NCBI GenBank assembly: GCA_050084515.1
Contig: CM114271.1
Location: forward strand, 3,968,001-4,032,000
DNA length: 64,000 nucleotides
Reading direction: 5' to 3'
From: Blasia pusilla
Taxonomy: Eukaryota
Shown: in pieces, positions 54,452 through 64,000 of the stretch
Numbering within the stretch: position 1 is the stretch's first letter
Layout: every line of letters starts with the position of its first letter
Notes under the pieces: generated by a model
Database searches by the model: none
What the model saw: the letters and a program-made list of their open reading frames with translations, nothing else
Told to the model about the DNA's origin: nothing
Translations under genes and position numbers: made by a program

Positions 54452-57400
54452 TGTTAGAGAGAGTTTTATTAATATTAAATAAATTAGCGAAGGAAAATAA
54501 AATTTCCTGTCTAAACCTCTTTATAGTGCCTCTTTCATGTGGACCCAACTTTAGGAAAAGAGGCAATAAATCAAAGATGGGATTAAAAAATTAAAGTAGT
54601 GGGGTTGGTACTTTAATGAAAGAAAAGCAAACGTGAGAAAATAGAAAGTGACGAAATCACTGAAATCTTTATAAAACTTAGAGATACAAAGTGGCCTAGT
54701 CCGTCCGTGTGCTCATAGAAGAGCTTCGATGGAACATGAACATGGAGATAACTCGACATACGAGAATGCGCTACCGTTGCGGCTCCCGACTATTTGACTA
54801 CTCGGGAAAACTAGGGTTTTTACCTATTTTTCTTTGTTTCTATTAATAGAAAATTTTTTCATCAAGGTGCCCCGCACCTTGATGCAATATAGGGTTAGAT
54901 AAACCTAGTAACTCTACTCCTAAAACCACCTACGTCATATTACTATGACTCCTCCGACGTCTAAGTCAGAACCATCAATCTAAGCTTCTCCTCATACAAG
55001 GGGGCCGATCAGATTAATGGTGCTAAGAGGAGTGGATGTTGAGAATCCAACACCCCCCTTCAATATCCACTCTCATGTGGACTACTATCTTGGACCTATG
55101 CCAAGACCCTTCAGATGTCGGTGAAGCTGATCTCCGCTCAAAGCTTTCGTGAAGATGTCTGCACGATTATCCTCTGTTGGACGATAGACTAACTTCAAAA
55201 CCCCTTTCTCGATCAATTCACGAAAAAAGTGATACTGGATCTCTATGTGCTTCGTACGAGCATGAAACACAAGATTATGTGCTATGGAAATGCAACTCTG
55301 ATTGTCACACCACATTACAGTAGCATTTTCTGGTGCTTCTCCTATGTCCTCCAATATCCATCTCTACCATACTGCTTCACAAGAAGCATAACAAGCCGCC
55401 TTGTACTTTGCCTCGGTAGAAGAAAGAGCTTTGTAGGTTGCTTCTTGCTGACCCATGACACCACACCTCATCCTACCAAGAAGAAATAACCCGAAACTGA
55501 TCTTCGAGAATCTGAATCTCCTGCCCAATCCGAGTCACAAAAACCTGTAATTTCCGTCCCTGCTCCATAGGTGATGCCGTACTCGATAGTGCCTTTGATG
55601 TACTTCAACACACGCATCCCTGCCTTCCAATGGTTCTCACTAGGCTTAGTTGAGAATCTACTCAACACTCCCACAGCAAAGCTAATGTCTAGTCTAGTGT
55701 TACACAAAAATATCAAACTGCCTACAAGCTTTCTGTACAACTTTTCATCTACCAATGGTGAAACATCCTCCATCGAGAGTTTCAACTCTACCTCCATTGG
55801 CAAGACCACTGCCTTACACTCGGTCATCCCAAATGCCTTCAAGATTTCTCTAGCATACTTCTGCTGAGAGAGAGAAAAATAGAATCTGATTGTTGCCAAA
55901 TTTCCAGCCCTATAAAATAGTGCAGAAGACCTAAATCTGACATTTCAAACTCAGATTTCAACACTCCCTTCATTTCCTCTATTTTCTTACTGTGGTCTCT
56001 TGTGATGATAAGATCATCCACATACAGGACTATCAACATATACATCCCATCTTCGCAAAACACATACAAATTTGCTCCAGACGGACTCTTGATGAGACCC
56101 TTCTCTCGAAAGAATGTATCTATTCGTTGATACCATACCCTTGGGGCTTGCTTCAACCCATACAGTGCTCGATGAAGTAAACAAACTTTCTCTTCTGATC
56201 TGGGTGTCTCAAAACCTGGTGGCTGAGAAACATATACCTCCTCCTTGAGACTCCCGTTCAGAAAGGCAGACTTCACATCGTATTGGTATACAGGCCAACG
56301 TCTTGTTCCTGCAACCGCTAGAACAATTCAAATGGTTGTCATCCTTGCAGTAGGAGCAAAAGTCTCATAGTAGTCAAAACCTTCTATTTGTGAGCATCCT
56401 TGTGCAACCAACCTCGCTTTGAATTTATCCAATGTACCGTCCGACTTGTACTTGGTCTTGTACACCCACTTGGTGCGTATTATCTTCCTGTCCTTTGGCT
56501 TTTGAACCAAAGTCCAAGTTTCATTTCTCTGAATAGCATCCATCTCCATCTGCATGGCCACTCTCCATTGAGGATGAGCAAGGGCCTCATCCAAGCATGA
56601 TAGCTCTTCCACCTTCAAGACCTCTATCATCAGGGCCATGTTGACCAGATGTGCGGAAGCTCTATTATGCTCCTCTAGTCTCTTGGATCTCCTTGGATGT
56701 GTAACAACTTCATCAGTTGCTGGTGGATCCTTACCATCCAAGAGCTGCTTTATCCACTTAGGGTATGACGACCGTAGTGGAAGAGCAGATTGCTCTTTGT
56801 AATCATCACCAAATTCTTCTTCTTGATGATCTGGTATAAACATTGGTGGTGTGATCTGGTGGATTATCTCTTCGTTTGAAGATAATGTGGACGGACCACT
56901 GATATCTGCCACTTGATGAGGCTGTTCCTAGAACACCACATCACGACTCACAAGCATCTTCTTTTCCTCAGGACACCAAGGGCGATAAGCTTTAGACTCA
57001 TCACTGTATCCCATAAAGATGCACTTCATGCTCTTGGACTCCAGCTTGGTCCTCGATGCTTCTGGAATATGTACAAAACACTCACTACCAAAAGTCATGA
57101 AATGTTGGACTGATGGTTCCTTACCTGAGTATGATTGATGAGGAGTCATGCCTTGCACTTCTATTTAGAATGTATACGGCAGTATTAACAACTTCAGCCC
57201 AAAATCCTTATGTCAAACCTTTTGCTTTCATCATACATCTTGCCATCTCCACCATTGTATGGTTTCGACGCTCAACAACTCCATTTTGTTATGGTGTATG
57301 TGCGGTGGTTAACTGTCGCTTGATTCCATGCTCCCCCAAATATTTGTTGAATTCTTTTGATAAGAATTCTCCTCCTCGATCGGTGCGAAGCTTTTGTACC

Positions 57401-60115
57401 TTCTTTCCTGTCTCATTCTCAACCAGCTTGTGCCATACTTTAAATTTTCCAAAAGCACTTGCCTTATCACAAAGGAAATACACCCACATCTTCCCACTAT
57501 AATCGTCGACAACTAAAAAGAAGTAGGAAGAACCACCTAATGCGACTGTTCTCATTTTACCACAGAGGTCAGCATGTATCAACTCTAGAGGAGCCTTTGC
57601 TCTATTGCTGGACTCTTGTGGAAATGGTTGTTGGTGTTGCTTGCCCATCATACAAGGTTCACAAGTATCCGACATTCCAGAAATTGTTGGTAAATCAGCA
57701 ACCATGCCATATTTCTGCATCTGACTTAGTAAGGGAAAGCTTAGGTGACCAAATCTTTCATGCCACAACTTACTGCTACTAAGATCTGTACCTACACTTG
57801 TTGTGAAAGCATACAACTCTTAGCTATTTCCACGTCGTATACCTTCACCCACTACTTTCCCATTGACATCCTCAATGACTGCTCTAGTTTTCTTGAAACG
57901 AACTTCTAGGTCACGATCACATAATACTGCCACTGAAATCAAATTTCGCTTCAACTCTGGTACGTACAGTACATCGGTTAACTTCTTTTCATCTCCTTTT
58001 TGTGAGACTAAAGAAATTGTGCCTTTCCCTTCTACAAGGCACTTTGCATTATTCCCAACAGTAACAACGATGGGCTCTTGTAGAGGTTGTAAGGAGCTAT
58101 ACCAATCCTTATGATTGGTCATATGCCTAGATGCTCCACTATCGAGCACCCATGCATCTTCACTCTTTGACTTAGTGGAATGTTCTGCATGTGTGCAAAA
58201 CTCTTCTATTGCTACCCAAGCATCTACTTCATGTTCTCCTAGTTCTACAAAATTTCCAGACTCCTTCTTAGGTCTTAAACAACCGTTCTTCTCATCCTGA
58301 CTCCTCTTTCTACAATCTTTGACAAGATGACCTAGCTTACCACAATAAAAGCATTTGAAGGCTTTTCTTGGAAATTTCTTCTTGACATTTGAACTGTTAT
58401 CCTGATTTCTACCTCTCTGTACGTTGGCAGTAAATGCTGCATCACTTCCCTCTCTTGCTTTGAAGCGCATTTGCTCTTCTACCAATATTGCACTAAATTG
58501 TTCAAAGGTAAGCGGCGTGGGTCTTACTTGAGTATTCAGTGTAGTGACCAAACTGTCATACCTTGGAGGCAAAATCCTTATGCACCGACGTGCCAAATCT
58601 TCGCTAGACTTTGAAATTCCTACAAACGCCATCTGATATTGAAGATTCTTGATCCTTGTCAAAAATTGCTCCGCGCTTTCTCCTTCTGAAAATTTCTCGG
58701 ACGTAAGCTCATTCTCTAGATTCTGAATCAGAGTCTCATTCCTGGTTTCATACTGATTCTTCAAAATGTTCCATGCCTCAATAGCAGGGGTTGTATGTTG
58801 AACGAGAGTCATGACAGAATCAGTTACATTCGTGACAATCGCATATAGAGCATCAGCGTTTCTGCGTCTCCATGCCAACAATACAACATGATCGATATCC
58901 CTAGATGAAGATGAACATGCAGAACTCAAACTAGCTTGTGGATTTGAATCGACCCCTGTGGCCGTTTCCCAAATCTCAAATGATTCGAGGACAGTTCTCA
59001 TTTTGAACTTCCACAACGTATGGTTAGACCCATCTAACTTCCCTTCACCCAACGGAGGAGGGCGAGCACGAACTGACGAAGAAGTAGCCATCTCTCAAGA
59101 TTTTGTGCAAACACACTAGATCGCTTGAGATACAAAATCTTGGAAAACCTCGCTCGATACCACATGAGAAAACAGAAAGTGACGAAATCACTGAAATCTT
59201 TACAAAACTTAGAGATACAAATTGGCCTAGTTCGTCCGTGCGGTCATAGAAGAGCTTCGATGGAACCTGAACATGGAGATAAATCGACACACGAGAATGC
59301 GCTACCTCAACGGCTCCTGACTATTTGACTACTCGGGAAAACTAGGGTTTTTACCTATTTTTCTTTGTTTCTATTAATAGAAAAATTTTTCATCAGGGTT
59401 CCCTGCACCCTGATGGAATATAGGGTTAGATAAACCTAGTAACGCTACTCCTAAAACCACCTACGTCATATTACTATGATTCCTTCGACGTCTAAGTCAG
59501 AACCATCAATCTAGGCTTCTCCTCATACAAGGGGGCCGATCAGATTAATGGTCCTCAGAGGAATGGATGTTGAGAATCCAACAACAAAAGTAGTCTTGGT
59601 TGGTGGCTAGGGTAGTTGGGGTAGTTTGGAAGATATGAAGTGAGTAAAGGAGGATATTTTGGAAGAGATTAAAAGGTAATCTACTTGTGTCAAAATGTGA
59701 TTGGCTAAGCCTTGAAGGGAGCCATGTGGCACACGATAAGATTGGATTTATTTCGTACTCTTGTGGATTCTTTGTGAGGGTATAAAGAGAAGGTACCTTC
59801 AAGGGTTCATCACCTTCTACTTCACATCTTGAGTTTCTCGTTTCATTCTTGAGTGGACGGCTTGGGATTGCTTGCTCTTCCAACGAGAGTGGATTATCCC
59901 TCTTGGGGGAGTAACTTGACCATGATCTATTTTTCAAGAGGTTTCTAGAGTGTGGTGTGTGTGGGTTGAGAGACTTGTCATCTTAGGAGAGTTTAGTCAT
60001 ACTAGAGATAGTGGATGGTTTTGGCTTATTAGTTTTCCAATGAGAGTGGATTATCCCTCTTGGGAGAGCAACTCCACCAAAAACCATACTTGAGGAGAGT
60101 AGAGGATGCTCGTCA
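54452..60115. mobile_element. Possible older LTR-like insertion (54452-54633 plus 59584-~60115) hosting the Copia
   Basis: Begins TGTTAG; has a TATA-like motif (59781) and a repeated gagagtggattatccctcttggg (59885, 60043); interrupts a degenerate reading frame. End and TSD are not clean. Confidence 0.35.
54634..59583 (-). mobile_element. Full-length Ty1/Copia LTR retrotransposon (defective)
   Basis: 419-bp LTRs at 54634-55052 and 59165-59583; PBS (tggtatcgagc on minus) 59152-59162; PPT adjacent to 55053. Gag-PR ORF 57820-59091 (CFYCGKLGHLVKDC, WVLDSGASRH); IN (LWHERFGH, RTDRGGEF); RT (LYGLKQAPRVW, LYVDD); RNase H (CDNQS, ARTKHIEI). No matching TSD. Confidence 0.95.
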
Positions 60116-61344
60116 ACTATGGATAGAGGTGGAGCACGAGTTGTACATGATTTTCCTTTCCTTAACCCGTACCACGAGAAGATTCTCTTCGTAAATAGAC
60201 ATAAGTTTACTCGCTATCTAATTTATCACTTTGGGGAGGCATTCATGAACCATGTCATGCAATCTCCAACTCTGGTGATTCTTCCTATTGTCACGTATAG
60301 GAGGACATGGGATTGTACGTTATATGTTCTTATATAGCGATTCATGGATGTTAATAGGCCTGATCGGGTAGGGTTTAATACTAGTTGTGCTATTTTTCTT
60401 GTCTACAAATGTAAAGTAGTTTACAGAGACTTTATAGTTAGGAATTTTGATGTTCGATGTTAAGAAGAAGTGATCGCCTCGGCACTACCATTCGTGATTC
60501 CTATCATGAGAGAATTGAGGATTTATATAATAATTCTGTAATAAAAAAGAGGAACTTCTTACAGAGTTCACTTTGCATCAACCATGTCTGCCAGAGCTAG
60601 AAGGTCCGCCTTACTCGAAGAAAAGCTTTCGACACGACAACAGAACATGTTCATTGAATATAGGATGCAAGATGAAGTCCTAAATATTAATTTTGATGGA
60701 ATACCTTCCCTAATATTGTTCATGGAATGCCTTCCATTCTTAGCCTAGGCATTAAAAGTAAATATTGTGAATCCTAAAGAGGAGAAAAAAGGGGACGAAT
60801 TAAGCATCTATGACTCGTGAGATCAAAAAAAGAATGAAGAAAGACAAAAAAGGAATTTGATTACTAGAGTATTGATGATTCCAATAATATATTATACAAA
60901 AAAGTGTATTATGCCTTATGGTAATATATCATACATACAAAAGAGTATTATTGGAGTATGCATGAAAGGCTTTTTGATAATGTATTATTCACATTAGTGT
61001 ATTATTGGAGTATTGTTGGAAGGCCCTTGATGCCCACGCGGCCCGGAAGCTGCATCCTTGTTTTTTTTTTTATGGGAGACTACCATTTTCATAAATATTT
61101 GACCTTCAAAAGTTCATTACTAAAAAGGAGGCAAAATGTTTTGATTTGTTCATGATTTCCTATGAAATCACGACCTAATTTTTAGCTATCTTTAGTAACT
61201 CCAAGTAGTAGAGTTTTTTTCACCCCAAAAAAATGTTTACTTAGGGCTTCAAGTACAAACACAATTAATTTTACCATATGCTCAACCACTGGTGATAATG
61301 CTATTGGATATACAATGCAAACATTTCACTGGAAATACTTTTGA

Positions 61345-61690
61345 TATCTTAGGGAAAATCCCGAGTATTGGTTATCAATCGATTACATTTTGTTTCACAA
61401 GTTGATAAGATCCTTCTTATACATGAAGGTGAAATCAAGGAGCAAGGCACTTACGGGGGTCTTGTAATGACTATAAGCTATTGCTCCAACATCTATTGGA
61501 AAATGCTAGCAATATGGAAAATACCGTTGAGAATGGAAGCCATCATGTGGTTGATGCAGAAGATACTATCATGAATGGTGTCTCGAAAATGGCGGAGTTT
61601 CCATTAATGAAGGGGAGCCAAAAAAAATGTGACACTTGGAAAACAAGAAGAACAAGAAACAAGCATCATCTACATGAAAGTGTTGGATAG
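61345..61690 (+). pseudogene. ABC transporter C-family (MRP) gene fragment
   Basis: RVLVINRLHFVSQVDKILLIHEGEIKEQGTY...QHLLENASNME resembles the end of NBD1 in plant ABCC proteins. Frameshifted; no other exons visible. Confidence 0.8.
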
Positions 61691-62884
61691 GTGAGGGTCA
61701 TTTCTTGTTTGTCTTTTCATTATGTTATATTAATGATGCACGACAATGACAACTATAGGTATCTAAGGGGTCTAACATCTTTAAATTGATTGAAAAATAT
61801 GAATGTGCTTGTGGATTGCATTGTGTACACTCTCAAAATTAATTGTGCAAATGTGTATATGTCCTTGTAAGCTTCACAAAGGTAGTTCCCCTAATTTGAG
61901 TAATCTTGCTAAGATTATGGTGTGATGCATGCCTAACTTTCAACTACTTGTGGCCGTCTCCTTCAAATTCTCTCCCCCATAGTCTCTATCACATATGGCC
62001 TTCACAAAAAGGGAAACCCCCTAGATTCTTACACTAGTGTTGACCTTGTGTTATGAGGTAATAAAACTTCTCTAATTATTTATGCAAGTGTGGTGCCAAT
62101 TCCTTAAACATTCCTTCACTACTCATATCTATATTATACACTTAATTATGCAAACGAGGGGCCAATTCAATGAACATTCTCATGTTACAAAGATTTTCTT
62201 ATTGCTTATTTATAAATGATGGGATGTCTCAAACAGTGAAAATCCGGAAACAAAGGACTAATTCCCTTTTTTAAAAGTGTAGACCCTACCAGCACGATTA
62301 TCAATATCAAGCCCCACTTATGCCGCAATACTCTAAATGAAATAATGTCGAGATATTGTTGAGAAGAATTATCAAAGGACAAGCACTCTTCAAAGTTGGC
62401 TGGATGATGTCATAGAATGATGTTCTATTCTGTTGCATACTTTTGAAAACAATCATCAAAACAATCAATCACCTTCAAGCGAAGGACGCATGAAACTGAA
62501 ACGACAGCGCTTTTAACACTAGGAACAGACAGCACTTCTAGGAGCCCCATAGGTTTTTCGCTTCGTTATTTGATACTGTGTCCCTCGCGGTCTCAGAGTG
62601 TAAGGACTGAGTGAGCTTCCAGTGTAGATACGCATTTTGTCTTGAGACGATTCAGACATCTGCAGCTCGGAGTCGAGTAGAGTAGATTGATCGGGTCGCT
62701 CGCTGGTTCTGAGGAGGAGTTGTTGGAATGAAGCGCAGATACCTTCTCTCCGCAAAGGAGGGAGGAGTTGTGTGCCATAGGGGTAGGGAATGTTGACGAA
62801 TTCGGGCTCATCCTGAGCTGCGATCAATCAAACCAACCCCACAAATACGGTTCGTTTGGGAACGCTGAAGAATGCAACTGATTC

Positions 62885-63898
62885 TCATTGAAAAAGTCCT
62901 GTTACGAATTCCATAACTGCTCCCAACACCTCACCCATGCCATCTGATGCACCCTCGACCACGTCCCCGAGACCGTCTGCTGCTCCTTCCAGACCATCGC
63001 CAAAGTCGCCTACAACAGATGTTGCTCCTTCGAAGGTTTGCGCAACGGAATCGGGATCCGCTACAGCGGACTGGATTTGACCGATTCCAAAACCCGTAGC
63101 GGTACTGATGGCTGGATTCACCACGAAGTTGTTGACGGCATCCTTGGCGTAGTGCTGGCCGACCTGCTTCAAGCCTATGAGTATGGCGAGCATAGCAGTC
63201 CAGTCTACTCCGGGAGCCACATCTATTTGCAACTCGGATCCTGCACCAAAGGAGGCATTTAAGATCAAGTTCTTCACGGACTTCGTGACGATTGCCACCA
63301 GCTGATCCTTCTCATTCACAATTTGCATGGTCCTCCCTGCAATGTCTGCCAGAATCCTGTATGCCACTTCCTTACTGTCCCCGTAACACACACACAGGTT
63401 GTGCCTGATCGACATCGACTTAATTCTGGACTGCTTTGCAATGTTGAAGTAAGAAGTCTCCCCATCTGCGTCCTGAACATACTGCCTTCCATGCCTCGTG
63501 AACGATTTGGGCCTTACCCTGAAGCTGCACATTCCATGGTATCCAGTCGCATGGCACATGGATTGCCACTCTCCAAATGGAGACCAGAAGTTGTCATCGG
63601 GGACCAATCCCAGAGGATCAAGGCTCTGGTATGGATCCTTTCCAGGATGGTGCGTGACCAGCAAGACCTCTCCAGTTTCACCATTGAAGATTCTGGTGTC
63701 GTCGAGAGAGAGATGAGCCTTCTTGAACACGAAGCTTCTCGGCCGATTGGAGTATTGCTCACCCAACTTCACCCCTGTGCCCGCTTGTTGAGGCACTAAA
63801 GCTGGATTGGGAGGCCCCAATGCGAGCTCCACCAAAAAGTTCGGATCATTTAGTTTCTGAAGCTCTGAATTTGGCTTAAGTCGCGTGCCATCTGCCAT
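62885..63898 (-). CDS. LURP-one/Tubby C-terminal-like domain protein with acidic Gly/Ala-rich tail (337 aa, intronless)
   Basis: Intact long ORF. SFVFKK, YRILADIAGRTMQIVNEKDQLVAIV and LQIDVAPGVDWTAMLAILIGL are typical of the LOR/Tub_2 fold. Confidence 0.75.
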   Translation of the reverse strand: MADGTRLKPNSELQKLNDPNFLVELALGPPNPALVPQQAGTGVKLGEQYSNRPRSFVFKKAHLSLDDTRIFNGETGEVLLVTHHPGKDPYQSLDPLGLVPDDNFWSPFGEWQSMCHATGYHGMCSFRVRPKSFTRHGRQYVQDADGETSYFNIAKQSRIKSMSIRHNLCVCYGDSKEVAYRILADIAGRTMQIVNEKDQLVAIVTKSVKNLILNASFGAGSELQIDVAPGVDWTAMLAILIGLKQVGQHYAKDAVNNFVVNPAISTATGFGIGQIQSAVADPDSVAQTFEGATSVVGDFGDGLEGAADGLGDVVEGASDGMGEVLGAVMEFVTGLFQ

Positions 63899-64000
63899 CG
63901 CCTCTTCCTTCTCCCAACGCCAGCAGATGTTCAGCGTTCTCCACCAAAATCCTCACGACGCCTGTGTCCACTGGATCGATAACCTCAAAAACTGGGTAGT

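Noticed and set aside
63323..63799. 158-aa plus-strand ORF
   Set aside because: Antisense shadow of the LURP-one-like CDS.

Overview
Eukaryotic, land-plant-like nuclear DNA: spliceosomal introns, plant-type Copia, Helitron, MULE and LINE elements. The species cannot be determined from the sequence. Four apparently intact host genes are present: a 7-exon LisH/CTLH/CRA (GID8-like) gene, a 5-exon secreted PQQ-type beta-propeller gene (polyvinyl-alcohol-dehydrogenase-like), a 13-exon AAR2 gene, and a single-exon LURP-one/Tubby-C-like gene. They lie among decayed transposons: a degenerate Helitron RepHel, several mini-Helitrons, head-to-tail stacks of a LINE with a (CT)n tail, a MULE/SWIM transposase element, two full-length Copia elements, a 1-kb long-TIR element and an ABCC gene fragment. 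The most notable observations are: (i) a one-strand GGAAACCATT motif arrayed and scattered through the MULE element, reminiscent of VANDAL/VANC target motifs; (ii) a badly degraded reading frame with a 2OG-Fe(II)/TET-JBP-like pattern inside a Helitron, split by nested LTR insertions (speculative); (iii) two independent inversions, each with an inverted duplication and fold-back palindromic junctions; (iv) self-stacking LINE copies. All homology calls come from motif recognition by eye; no database searches were run.
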